From a virus (Duplodnaviria > Caudoviricetes), in IMG/VR virus record IMGVR_UViG_2634166464_000002, positions 1 to 64,000 of that record: DNA of 64,000 bases, one strand, 5' to 3'. Shown here piece after piece: positions 43,421-52,557 of the stretch; within the stretch, counting starts at the first letter, position 1, and every line of letters begins with the position of its first letter. The notes under the pieces were generated by a model. That model did no database searches. It saw only the letters and a program-made list of their open reading frames with translations, and was not told where the DNA came from. The position numbers and the translations under genes were made by a program.

Positions 43421-46400
43421 CTATCCGATCAGGGCGCGGCCGGACTGGCGTGCGCCCATGGCTTTGACGAGGTCACCCCGACCCCGGGCCGCACGGTCGG
43501 CTTGCCAGGATTCCATCCGCTCAAAGATGATGTCGACGCTGCCGTCCTGATTGGTGCGGACCTCTGGCTGCGAGGGCGCTCCAATGACGTTGACGATCGG
43601 TTGCACCACGGTCGCCTGTTGCGACTGAGCCCCTCGGCCGCGAGCTGCTGCTACGTCGTCGCGTGAGAGAACGACCTCGCCTGTCTGCAAAATCGCCGCG
43701 CGTTCGTCGGCCGCGAGCGTCCCGCTGTGCAGGCGCGGCGCGTTCTCGAAATACGCCGGATGGACATAGCGCATCTTTCCGTGGATCCCGACCATGCCGC
43801 CGTCGTGGTAGAGCCCGCCCGCGCCAGGCGTCATGCCGAGCCCGCTGCCACCAGTGAGCCCCGACAACAGGCTGGAGAAGAAGCCGCCGCCGCCCTTCTT
43901 CGTGAAGCTGTTGAAGAGGTCGTCCATGGCGAGATCGAGCAGCTTGTCGACGACGCGGTTGAGGGCGTTCTCCAGCGCTTCCGCTCCGCTCTTGCCGGCG
44001 CGCAGGTCGGAGATGAATCCCTTCAACGCATCCTTGCCGATCGAGCCGAGTTCCTCGAGCGCAGCCTGCGCATTCTTGAGGTTCTCGGTCTCCTGCGCGA
44101 CGCGCCCATACTCCTGGGCATAGGCACGGATCCGTGCTGCCAGTTCCGGCGTGATCTGTACCTCGTTGCGCAGGAACTCGTTGCGCATCCGCTGCTCTTC
44201 GTTCGCGGCCTCGATCTGGGCCGTCGTCATGAACATCGTCTCGCGGTAGACCTGGTTGAGCCTGACCTGCTCCTGCAGCGCGGCGTTCGCATCCTCGAGG
44301 GGGCGCTGGACGAACTCGTAGATGTCGGTCTTGTTCTTGTCCGAGAACGCCTGGTTGAGGTTGGTGTCGACGTTGAGCTCGACTTTCGGCACGTCGATCT
44401 CGCGCCTCGGCAAGGTGCCAGGCGTGGTGCCGCCACCCGCGGTGCCAGGCGTCGTCGAGCCCGTCGTTGCGACGTCGCGGACGTTGCGGTTGATGCCCGC
44501 CCACGGGTTGCGGATGCCGGAATCCCTGAAGCCGTACCACTGCCCGTGGCCGTGCTTCTTCATGTAATCCAAGCTCCAATCGACCTGGCTCCGCCATGCA
44601 TACGGATTCCGGACGTCGATCCCGGCCCGCTTGGCTTCGACCCCAAGCCCGCCCATCATGTTGAGCTGCGTCACGCCCCAGGAATCTTCCTTGGGCGTCT
44701 TGGCATGGGCGAAGATGTTGAACCGGGATTCCTGGTTGAGCCCCCGCGCGATGATGTCGGGGTCCATGCCTCGCTTCACAGCCGCCGCCCGAACATAGGC
44801 CTCGACCGCAGCCTTAGAGTTGTCGCCAGTCGCAAAGGCGGTCTTTGTGGGACCGATCTCCCGCGCCGTGACGTTGCCGGGGCCACTGACCGACCTGGTG
44901 CCGCCGAGTAGCTCGCGCTGCTCCTGCAGCCACATCTCGTTCTCTTTGAGCGCGCGGCGGAGCCCCCTGAGGCCGGTAAGCTCGAGTTCCTTCCTGGCGT
45001 CGCGCGCGAAATCCTTCGCCTGCTTGTTCGCGTCAGCAATCACCCGGTTGCGGGCCATCTCGGCCTCGACCGCGGCGCGCAGCTCGTCGCCGGTCTCGCG
45101 CAAGACCTTGGTGCGGGCCCTCTCCGACTCGATCGCGGCCCGCTCCTCGAGCGTACGGGCGTTCAGCGCCGCGATCTCGAGCTTGTGGTCCTCGATCGCG
45201 AGCTCGATGGCAGACTTCCAGTTGTCGAGCATGAAGCGGGCGCGGCGGAGAGCCTCCTCGGCCTCGTCGGCGCTGTAGCCCAGCTCGCGCAGCCGCTCGG
45301 GCCCTTCCTCGAGGATCTTGCGGTTCTCGCGCAGCGTCCGGAGCCCCTCGATCTCGGGCATGAACCGGCCCATGGCGCCCTGGACGGCAGAGCGCTTCGC
45401 GAGCTCGAGTTCCTGCTCGCGCGACTTGTTGAGGCTCTCGATCGCCTTCTCGTTGCCCTGGACGAGCTTGATCTGCTCGTCGTAGCGCTTGTTGATCTCC
45501 GCCAGCCCACGCTCGTAGCTCGAGAGCCCCGAGACCTGCAGATTGAAGGTCGATTCCTTCAGGAGATCGAACGGCACCCGCCCGCCGGCTTCCTTCACCT
45601 CGATGGTCTGCTCGATCTTCTTGTTCAGCGCATCGATCTGGCGCTGCGCTTCCTCAGTGTCGAAGTCTGGGCGGCCTTCGCGCTTGAGGGTTTCGATCAG
45701 CGTGACCTGGTCGCGGAGCTTCTCGATCTCCGCATCTTCCGGGATGAGCGAGCGCTGGAGATCGTCATAGCGCTCGAGTTGCATCGCCAGGGTTTCTTCG
45801 CGACGCGCCTCGTTGATGGCGTCGATCGCCTCCTTCACGCCTTTGGCGGCACGGACCTCGTCGTCGTACTTCTTCGTGATCTCGGAGAGGGCCCGCGAGT
45901 ACTCGCTCATCCCTGCGGTCGCGAGGGCGAAGCTCGACTCCTGCCGCAGTTCGTAGGGGCGCTGCCCGCCAGCCGCGCGGATCTCGCGGATCTCCTCCGC
46001 CCGGTCCTTGGCCTCGTCGATCGCCCGCTGCGCATTCTCGATGCCCTCGATGATGACCCCATTGGGCAGCGGCGTTGCCATGAGGTTGCGGAGGATCGAG
46101 ATCTTCCGCTCGACGTCCGTGAGTTCCTGCTCGAGCGGATCGACATCACGCAACGTCTGCGCCACGAAGCTGATGTCGTAAGCCTGGATCGCCTGCTCGC
46201 GCGCCTGCGCGACCTCTTTCATTCCTTCGCCGGCATGACGCGCCTGGCGATCGAGATCGTCGTAGCGCTGCCGGATCTCCATCAGGCCGCGCGCGTAATC
46301 GTTGAGGCCGGCGGTCAGCAGCGTAAACCGGGATTCCTTACCGGCTTCGAAGCCAATCTCGCCGCCGCCTTCCATGGCCTCTGCCGTCTGGCGGGCCTGC

Positions 46401-49255
46401 TCCTGGAGGATCTCGAGATCCCGCTGCGCCTGGGCGAGCGCTTCGGCGTTGATCAGACCAGGCGCCAGGCCCTGCAGCTTCTGGATCACCCCGATCCTGG
46501 CCTGCAGCTGCTTCATCTGGTCGTTGAGCGGATGCATGCCGGCCGTCGCCTTGCCGACCAGATCCGAGAGTTGATTCGCCTGATGCTGGGCGGAGTCCCT
46601 CTCTGCCTTCTCCGCCTCCTCGCGGACCTGGCGCTCGAGCTCCGTAGCGTAGCGCCGCGCCGCCTCGGCCCGCTGTCGGTGTTTATCGACGTTCGCGGCG
46701 GGGTTGGCCTTCTCCATGCGCTCGTGGAGCGCCTCCATGGCCTCGGCATTCTTGCGCGCGGTTTCGGCGCGCGTCTCGAGGTCAGGCTCGAGCGTGCGGC
46801 CGATCGCATCGGCTCCTTCCGAGAAGGATTCCTTGAACCCCTCCCAGAAGCGACCCCACCTCGTGAGGCTCTCCTCGTGTTTCCGCAGACCGACCAGGGA
46901 GCTATCGAACATCACGCGCTGCGCCCGGTGGGCGTCGCCCTGCGCCGCCAAGCGCTTGATGTATTGCTGCGTCGTGTAGTCGAGCGTGCCGAGCTTCTTG
47001 TTGAGAGTCTCGACCCCGCGCTCGGGATCGGCAAAGGCCTCGGCGAGTTCCGCGGTTGCTTCCGGGATCTCCTGCCTCGTGGTCGCTGCGTAATCCTTCG
47101 CGGCCAAAGTCAGTTCGTGGAAGACGTCCTTGCTGATGCGTCCTGTGCCCGCAAAGGCGGCGAGCATGTCGCGCGCCTGCTTTGACGTGACGTTCCCGGC
47201 TTCGGCCGCGGCATCCGCCATGCGGTTCAGTTCGGAGGCGGTTGCGTTCGTGCCGCGCCCGACGCCGTAGAGCGAGCCCTCGAGGGCTTTAATGCTCTTG
47301 AGATAGCGGTCCCAGGAATAGGCGGCTGCGATGCCGCCCGCGACGAGTGTGCCGATGAACAGGGTCGCTGGACCAACCGCTGCCATGAGCCGTGACGCGA
47401 CGGCCTGGAGGCCTCCGGAGACGCCGCCCTGAGCACCCGCAAGTATTTGATAGACCTGACCTCCTTGCTGATAAAGTATAGTGAGGGGATTCTGCCCAGT
47501 TAATAATCCCTGGGCTACGTCTATCATTTGATACTGGAAATTAGTCCATTCATGGCTAGCCAGTTTCAGGGCGCCCGCCACGCCATCCTGGCCTGCGTCT
47601 CGTTTAATCTTCGAAAAGACGCGATCTGCCTCGTCTAGACCACGCCTATACTGTTCCGGGTTGAGGAAGCCTGCGTCCTTCATCTCCTTGAGACGGGCCT
47701 GCTGCGTCTCGAGTTGCTCGAAGCCCATGTTGACGGAATCGACCGCCCACTTGACCGCGTTAGCCTCGCGCTCGAGTTGCTGGAGCTTCTTCGCGGCCTC
47801 CTCTTCCGCCCTGATCCAATCCTGGAGTTCGCGCTCGTCCCGGCGCCACAGGACGACCTCGCCCTCGGTCTCGCGCGACTCGCGGCGGGCCTCCGCCTGC
47901 TGACGGGCCCGCTCGACGAGTTCATATTCGCGCTGGGCTTCCTGGGCGAGCCGCTGGTCGCGACGGGCCAGGATGGTCTCGTCCTCGATCCACTTGGCCT
48001 CACGCTTCGCGATCGTCTCCTGAAGACGGCGCTCCACCATCTCCTGCTGACGGCGGGCTTCGGTGGTCCGCTCGATCTCCTCGCGCAGCTCCGCCTGAAG
48101 CTTGCGCTCGTCGGCCTGCCAGAGGACTGTCTCGTCCTCGATATCCTTGCGCTCACGCCGCGCCATCGTCTCCTGGAGACGGCGCTCGACCAATTCCTGT
48201 TCGCGCCGCGCTTTGGTCGTCGCCTCGATCTCCTCACGGATCTCGCGCTCGATTTCGCGTTCGTCCGCGCGCCAGAGGATGGTCTCATCCTCGACCTCTT
48301 TGGCAGCGCGACGCGCCGTCGTCTCTTGCAGACGACGCTCGACCATTTCCTGCTCGCGCCTGGCCTGCGTTGTGGCCTCGATCTCCTTGCGGATCTCCTC
48401 CTCGAGTTGACGATCCTCCTTGCGGGCCAGGACGGTCTCGCCTTCCATCCAGCGCTTGAGGCGGCGCTCCTCGGTCGCCTCGATCGTCCGCTGGACGAGT
48501 TCCTGCTCACGCAGAGCCTGGGTGGTCTGCTCGACCTCCTGCCGGATCTCCTCCTCGAGTTCACGCGACTCCTTGCGCCACAGGATCGTCTCGTCGTCGA
48601 CCTCCTTGCGGGCGCGCTGCTCCATGGTCTGCTGCAGCCGCCGCTCGACCATCTCCTGCTCGCGCTTGGCCTGCGTGGTGCGCTCGACCTCGGCGCGCAA
48701 CTCCTCCTCAAGCTCGCGCTCTTCCTTGCGCGCGAGGATGGTCTCGTCATCGACCCACTTCTTGGACCGTCGCGCCTCAGTGGCCTCCATGGCCTTCTGG
48801 ACGAGTTCGAAATCCTGCGCTGCTTGCTTGGCTGCCGCGGCAACGCGCTCGAGTTCCTGGACCTGATCGTCCATCTGCATGTCGAGGCGCAGCGCATCGC
48901 GCATCTTGCCCCCGACCTCGGCCATCTGCCGCTGGATGCGGGCCAGCGACTGCTCGGCGGCGACCGGATCGATCAGTCCCTGCGAGAGCGCGTTCTGGGT
49001 GGTCCGATACTCCTTCGTGAGCCGCGCGAGCGCAGCCTCGAGATAGTTGGCGCGACGCTCCTGCGCCTCAAACGACTTGAGAACCGAGAGTTGCTTGCGC
49101 GACAGGTTGTCGGTCTGGATGGTCGCCGTCTGCCCCGAGCGGGCGACCGCATCCATCGCCTTCGCGACCTTGTCCTGCTGCGCAGCAAGCCGGTCCATCC
49201 CCTCCGAGATGGCCTCGACCCGGAGGCGCCTGACGGTTTCAGTCGGTGATGCCAT
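43421..49255 (-). CDS. Tail tape measure protein with internal lytic transglycosylase-like domain
   Basis: 1944-aa helical protein; 'YQMIDVAQGL.TGQNPL.I..QQGGQ' lambda-type TMP motif; 'QES.FN...GVTQL' lysozyme-like motif; 'YHDGG.V' C-terminus. Confidence 0.92.
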   Translation of the reverse strand: MASPTETVRRLRVEAISEGMDRLAAQQDKVAKAMDAVARSGQTATIQTDNLSRKQLSVLKSFEAQERRANYLEAALARLTKEYRTTQNALSQGLIDPVAAEQSLARIQRQMAEVGGKMRDALRLDMQMDDQVQELERVAAAAKQAAQDFELVQKAMEATEARRSKKWVDDETILARKEERELEEELRAEVERTTQAKREQEMVERRLQQTMEQRARKEVDDETILWRKESRELEEEIRQEVEQTTQALREQELVQRTIEATEERRLKRWMEGETVLARKEDRQLEEEIRKEIEATTQARREQEMVERRLQETTARRAAKEVEDETILWRADEREIEREIREEIEATTKARREQELVERRLQETMARRERKDIEDETVLWQADERKLQAELREEIERTTEARRQQEMVERRLQETIAKREAKWIEDETILARRDQRLAQEAQREYELVERARQQAEARRESRETEGEVVLWRRDERELQDWIRAEEEAAKKLQQLEREANAVKWAVDSVNMGFEQLETQQARLKEMKDAGFLNPEQYRRGLDEADRVFSKIKRDAGQDGVAGALKLASHEWTNFQYQMIDVAQGLLTGQNPLTILYQQGGQVYQILAGAQGGVSGGLQAVASRLMAAVGPATLFIGTLVAGGIAAAYSWDRYLKSIKALEGSLYGVGRGTNATASELNRMADAAAEAGNVTSKQARDMLAAFAGTGRISKDVFHELTLAAKDYAATTRQEIPEATAELAEAFADPERGVETLNKKLGTLDYTTQQYIKRLAAQGDAHRAQRVMFDSSLVGLRKHEESLTRWGRFWEGFKESFSEGADAIGRTLEPDLETRAETARKNAEAMEALHERMEKANPAANVDKHRQRAEAARRYATELERQVREEAEKAERDSAQHQANQLSDLVGKATAGMHPLNDQMKQLQARIGVIQKLQGLAPGLINAEALAQAQRDLEILQEQARQTAEAMEGGGEIGFEAGKESRFTLLTAGLNDYARGLMEIRQRYDDLDRQARHAGEGMKEVAQAREQAIQAYDISFVAQTLRDVDPLEQELTDVERKISILRNLMATPLPNGVIIEGIENAQRAIDEAKDRAEEIREIRAAGGQRPYELRQESSFALATAGMSEYSRALSEITKKYDDEVRAAKGVKEAIDAINEARREETLAMQLERYDDLQRSLIPEDAEIEKLRDQVTLIETLKREGRPDFDTEEAQRQIDALNKKIEQTIEVKEAGGRVPFDLLKESTFNLQVSGLSSYERGLAEINKRYDEQIKLVQGNEKAIESLNKSREQELELAKRSAVQGAMGRFMPEIEGLRTLRENRKILEEGPERLRELGYSADEAEEALRRARFMLDNWKSAIELAIEDHKLEIAALNARTLEERAAIESERARTKVLRETGDELRAAVEAEMARNRVIADANKQAKDFARDARKELELTGLRGLRRALKENEMWLQEQRELLGGTRSVSGPGNVTAREIGPTKTAFATGDNSKAAVEAYVRAAAVKRGMDPDIIARGLNQESRFNIFAHAKTPKEDSWGVTQLNMMGGLGVEAKRAGIDVRNPYAWRSQVDWSLDYMKKHGHGQWYGFRDSGIRNPWAGINRNVRDVATTGSTTPGTAGGGTTPGTLPRREIDVPKVELNVDTNLNQAFSDKNKTDIYEFVQRPLEDANAALQEQVRLNQVYRETMFMTTAQIEAANEEQRMRNEFLRNEVQITPELAARIRAYAQEYGRVAQETENLKNAQAALEELGSIGKDALKGFISDLRAGKSGAEALENALNRVVDKLLDLAMDDLFNSFTKKGGGGFFSSLLSGLTGGSGLGMTPGAGGLYHDGGMVGIHGKMRYVHPAYFENAPRLHSGTLAADERAAILQTGEVVLSRDDVAAARGRGAQSQQATVVQPIVNVIGAPSQPEVRTNQDGSVDIIFERMESWQADRAARGRGDLVKAMGARQSGRALIG
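47856..48800 (-). repeat. 153-bp (51-aa) tandem repeats within tape measure gene
   Basis: 'ET(I/V)L' anchors at 48741, 48588, 48435, 48282, 48129, 47976, then a 120-bp step to 47856. Confidence 0.9.
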
Positions 49256-49685
49256 GCGCGTCGTCCGTCTTCTCGGGGGAGTGGCGGTTGCCCAGGCGTT
49301 TCATGAGGGCGCGCACGCCCTCGACGTCAGTGGCCTCGACCTCGTCGACGAGGTTCTCGTCGTCCTGCCGCTGGCGCAGGCGCAGGTACTCGCTGTCCTG
49401 CACTTTCACGAGCGTGATGAACCGGTCGAACTCGTCGACGTCATCGATGCGGTAGCGGCGCGCGTATGCATCGATCGCCGTGAAAGGAATGGGCCCAAGA
49501 CCCATCCCGACTTGGCGATCGTTGTTGAGCCGCCAGAACGCGTCTGCATAGAGTTCCAGCCCGCGAGCGATTTCCGGCTGGTTCAGGAAAGCCGCGGGAG
49601 GCTCGCGGCCAGTCTCGCGTTGGCGCCGTTCGTAGAACTCGGCGCGAGCGCCCCACGTTATCTTCCAACGCAGGGCGGTTAGGAG
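49239..49685 (-). CDS. Tail assembly chaperone GT, -1 frameshifted extension
   Basis: Open -1 frame from the slippery site reads 'LLTALRWKITWG...AFWRL..DR..GMG.GPIPFTAI.AYA'. Confidence 0.85.
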   Translation of the reverse strand, partial: LLTALRWKITWGARAEFYERRQRETGREPPAAFLNQPEIARGLELYADAFWRLNNDRQVGMGLGPIPFTAIDAYARRYRIDDVDEFDRFITLVKVQDSEYLRLRQRQDDENLVDEVEATDVEGVRALMKRLGNRHSPEKTDDAHGITD

Positions 49686-50068
49686 TTTTTTGCGTCGGCC
49701 TCGAGGGACTGCTTGCCCTGCGCCGCAACGATGTTGCCAGCGTAATGGACCGCGCGCCGGAACACCGCGAACTCCGGATCGCTCAGGAGTTGCTTGGCGA
49801 GTTCCGGGGTATACTCGGCGTCTTCGATGCCGTGCCAGTCGACGAGGATCGTCTCGTGCAGCAACTGCGTGTCGATGGTCTCCGCGATCTCCGGATCATC
49901 CCACTTTTCCGGCGGGATGTCGGCCCGCAGCTTGGCGAGCAACCGGCGATAGTCACTGTTGAAGATGCCGCGTACCTTAACCTTTACGCCAGGAAGGTTC
50001 GGCAACTCGCCAACCCATCCCCCGGACTCGATCTTGTTGGTGACATCACGGATATCTGAGAGCTTCAT
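49679..50068 (-). CDS. Tail assembly chaperone G
   Basis: 'GGWV...VKVRG..N..YR...TILVDW.G....YT.E.A..LL' between tail tube and TMP. Confidence 0.85.
   Translation of the reverse strand: MKLSDIRDVTNKIESGGWVGELPNLPGVKVKVRGIFNSDYRRLLAKLRADIPPEKWDDPEIAETIDTQLLHETILVDWHGIEDAEYTPELAKQLLSDPEFAVFRRAVHYAGNIVAAQGKQSLEADAKNS
49685..49691 (-). other. Programmed -1 ribosomal frameshift heptamer A AAA AAC
   Basis: GCA AAA AAC TCC TAA at end of chaperone G. Confidence 0.85.
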
Positions 50069-50087
50069 CGTGGCCTAGTCTCCATAA

Positions 50088-50115
50088 GAAACCCCGGAAC
50101 CAGTTCCGGGGTTTT
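50088..50115. terminator. Bidirectional hairpin terminator after tail tube gene
   Basis: AAACCCCGGAAC-CA-GTTCCGGGGTTT. Confidence 0.75.
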
Positions 50116-50137
50116 GTTGAGTAAGATTGGGCCGGCG

Positions 50138-50620
50138 TCAGACGCCAGCGGTCGCCTTGACCTCGAACATCTGGCTGTTGACGCCGATCGAGTAAGTGCG
50201 CCTGATGACGTTGTCGTTGCCACCGATGTTGCGGCGACGGGACATCACGAGGCCGCGGAAATACTCGATCGTTCCCGTGCCCGTTGCGTTCGGCTTGTCC
50301 GGATACTCGATGCGGAACGCGAAGTTCAGGTTCGTGCCCTCGGCCGCATCCAGCGCCGTCTGGCCTTCGTCCATGGGATCGTGCGCGACGGTCAGTGCCA
50401 TCGTGCCGGCGTCACGCGCACCCTTCGCTTTGCGCACGCGAGAGTCGCCCACCGCAGCGAAGGTCACAGCGGAGGATTCGTCACCGACCTCGCCGTAGGT
50501 TTCAACGAGACCAATCTCGGTCCAGTCGGTGAGATCCTCGAATTCCTCGACGGTGTCGACGGACTCGAGAACGGAAGGCCCGATAAAGAATCGGGTACCC
50601 GACGCGGTTACAATTGGCAT
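50138..50620 (-). CDS. Major tail tube protein
   Basis: 'WTEIG.VE..GE.GD....VTF....D.RVRK.KG.RDAG.M...D.GQ..L'. Confidence 0.88.
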   Translation of the reverse strand: MPIVTASGTRFFIGPSVLESVDTVEEFEDLTDWTEIGLVETYGEVGDESSAVTFAAVGDSRVRKAKGARDAGTMALTVAHDPMDEGQTALDAAEGTNLNFAFRIEYPDKPNATGTGTIEYFRGLVMSRRRNIGGNDNVIRRTYSIGVNSQMFEVKATAGV

Positions 50621-50722
50621 GGGAGCTACCCTTTACGCAGTACACACGGCTGCCCGGGGCCGTTTCACTTCTGAACACGACCCCGTCGGGCGGGATTCGG
50701 GGTCTCTCCGGGGAGGAGGCTG

Positions 50723-50965
50723 TTAGGTGTCGGCGGCCTTGCGCACCGTGTTGTCGGCCACTGCAACACGACCGGCCTGCTTGGACCCGCGGCCTTCGAC
50801 CGAGATCGCGCCCGTGCGCAACAGCGGCTGAACGTGGACGTCATCAACGTCGAAATCGACGTTCTTCGTCTCACCGGGTCTCAAGGTGGCGCTCTTTACA
50901 GTGCCGTCCTTGGCGCGCTTGCTGATCACGACATTGACTTGGGAGTTACTCGTCACTTCTGGCAT
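50723..50965 (-). CDS. Hypothetical virion-region protein
   Basis: GGAGGA RBS. Confidence 0.6.
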   Translation of the reverse strand: MPEVTSNSQVNVVISKRAKDGTVKSATLRPGETKNVDFDVDDVHVQPLLRTGAISVEGRGSKQAGRVAVADNTVRKAADT

Positions 50966-50989
50966 TGCATCCTCCAGTGAACGTCGACC

Positions 50990-51394
50990 TCAACCCACGA
51001 AGTCGTACGTGTAGGGGACCACAACGGCCGCGGCGTAGTAGGAGCCGCGGTCGTTGTTGTCGTCGAGAAAAGGACTGTCTGGGACTTGCGTTTTCAGCCC
51101 GCCGCCGAGATTGCGGTCACGGAACAACGTCGCGAGTTCATCGCCCCATTCGAGCGCGAGATCGGTTCCGGAGCCGCGCTCGACATGGATCACGAAGCGA
51201 GCGGCACCGTCTTCCTGGTAGTAACGAGACTCGACCGCGAGCCGGCGCGTGCGGCTCAGCGGGTATTGCACGATTACAAAAGGTGTACCGTCGCTGGGAG
51301 CCTCAGACTCTTCGTTGCTCTGGTAGACCGGCGCACGGCTCCACTTGGCCGCAAGATAATCCTCGACGGCCTTGACGACGTAAGGATGCGCCAC
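50990..51394 (-). CDS. Tail terminator-like protein
   Basis: Size, position and 'I.VE.G.G...A....D.L..LFR' pattern. Confidence 0.7.
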   Translation of the reverse strand: MAHPYVVKAVEDYLAAKWSRAPVYQSNEESEAPSDGTPFVIVQYPLSRTRRLAVESRYYQEDGAARFVIHVERGSGTDLALEWGDELATLFRDRNLGGGLKTQVPDSPFLDDNNDRGSYYAAAVVVPYTYDFVG

Positions 51395-51395
51395 G

Positions 51396-51665
51396 TCAGG
51401 CCTCGAATACTGATCCGTCTTCGAAGATGATCTTGGCGACGCGCTTCATCCCGCCGTTCGCCGGGTCATGGGTGTAGAAGCCGGCCTTCCCGTTGAACGT
51501 CGCCTCGATCATCCCGATCTCAAGACGGGCCTCGACGGGCTCGCATGGGCGGAAGCGGAGATCGATCTCGGTACAGAAGGTCTGCAGTTCGATGCCGGTC
51601 TTGGCGTCGATGACCTTTGTGTCATTGGAAAGACCGGTCTCGTTGACGATGCGAACGCTTCTCAT
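51396..51665 (-). CDS. Hypothetical protein
   Basis: Fills gap in neck operon. Confidence 0.55.
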   Translation of the reverse strand: MRSVRIVNETGLSNDTKVIDAKTGIELQTFCTEIDLRFRPCEPVEARLEIGMIEATFNGKAGFYTHDPANGGMKRVAKIIFEDGSVFEA

Positions 51666-51667
51666 GG

Positions 51668-52369
51668 TCACGGCTCGATGATGATGGCGGGGTTGCGGCG
51701 CAGCCAGTCGGCGCGGCCCGCTGCGCTGCGCTGGGATTCCATGCTCGTGGTTTGAGCCCACTCATCGATCGCGCCGAACATCGGGGCTTCGTAGGTGAAG
51801 CGGATGCGCGCGAGATTGCTGAAGCGCTGGTGCGCCTTCTTCGCGACGACCTGGTAGACGCCATGCGGCGCCTGCAGCGAGAGCGGCGGTCGGTTCGGGT
51901 AGCCCTCGAGCTTGCGCGCATATGGCTGCGTGTTCACGAAAGTCGCGCGGTCGAAGGATTTGGGGAGCGGCTGAGACCCCAGTTCGAAGAACTCGTTGTC
52001 GATGAAGAACGCATGGCTCTTCTTGTAGAGCCCGGGATGGCCTGGACGCTTGTCCGTCCCCTTGCCGATCGGCGATGTCTCCTCGAGCAGGTCGCGGATG
52101 AAGAAGAACAGCTCCTCGAGCAACTCGAATTCGTAGATGACCTGGCCGTCTGGCTTCACGGAGGTCTCCGGAACGCCCTCGCGCCCGTCCACCCACCTCT
52201 CGTGCGGCGGCACGCGTCCGAGCACACGGCGGTTCTGCTCCTCGGCCTTGTGGAGTTCCTGGACCGCGAACTCGGCCAGCTGCCGGCTGCGCGCTTCAGG
52301 GCTCAGATAGTCTGGGAACACCACAAGGATGTCCCGCTCGATCGGATCGACCTTGACGCGGACAGCCAT
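51668..52369 (-). CDS. Neck/tail completion protein (HK97 gp10-like)
   Basis: 'SP...G.Y..SH', 'NTQPYARKLE', 'S.QAP.GVY'. Confidence 0.7.
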   Translation of the reverse strand: MAVRVKVDPIERDILVVFPDYLSPEARSRQLAEFAVQELHKAEEQNRRVLGRVPPHERWVDGREGVPETSVKPDGQVIYEFELLEELFFFIRDLLEETSPIGKGTDKRPGHPGLYKKSHAFFIDNEFFELGSQPLPKSFDRATFVNTQPYARKLEGYPNRPPLSLQAPHGVYQVVAKKAHQRFSNLARIRFTYEAPMFGAIDEWAQTTSMESQRSAAGRADWLRRNPAIIIEP

Positions 52370-52557
52370 CAGCGATCCCTCACGTAGTGGCGCGGGTCTC
52401 TGACGTGCTCCGCCATGATCCTCGGGCACGCCTCACGGTTGTGATCACGCTCGCCGCAGTAGGTGCAGCGCATAGCCTGACGGTTCGCGTATCCACGCCA
52501 GGTGCTCGGGCAGTTATTGACGGTATGCCGTCCTGAGCCGCAGTAGGTGCAGCGCAT
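52369..52557 (-). CDS. Double CCHC zinc-knuckle protein
   Basis: Two exact CX2CX4HX4C motifs; 1-nt overlaps with both neighbours. Confidence 0.8.
   Translation of the reverse strand: MRCTYCGSGRHTVNNCPSTWRGYANRQAMRCTYCGERDHNREACPRIMAEHVRDPRHYVRDR

Noticed and set aside
45185-49249. Long plus-strand ORFs (666 and 511 aa) and similar ones opposite J, fibre and portal
   Set aside because: Antisense shadows expected from high-GC codon bias; no motifs or RBS
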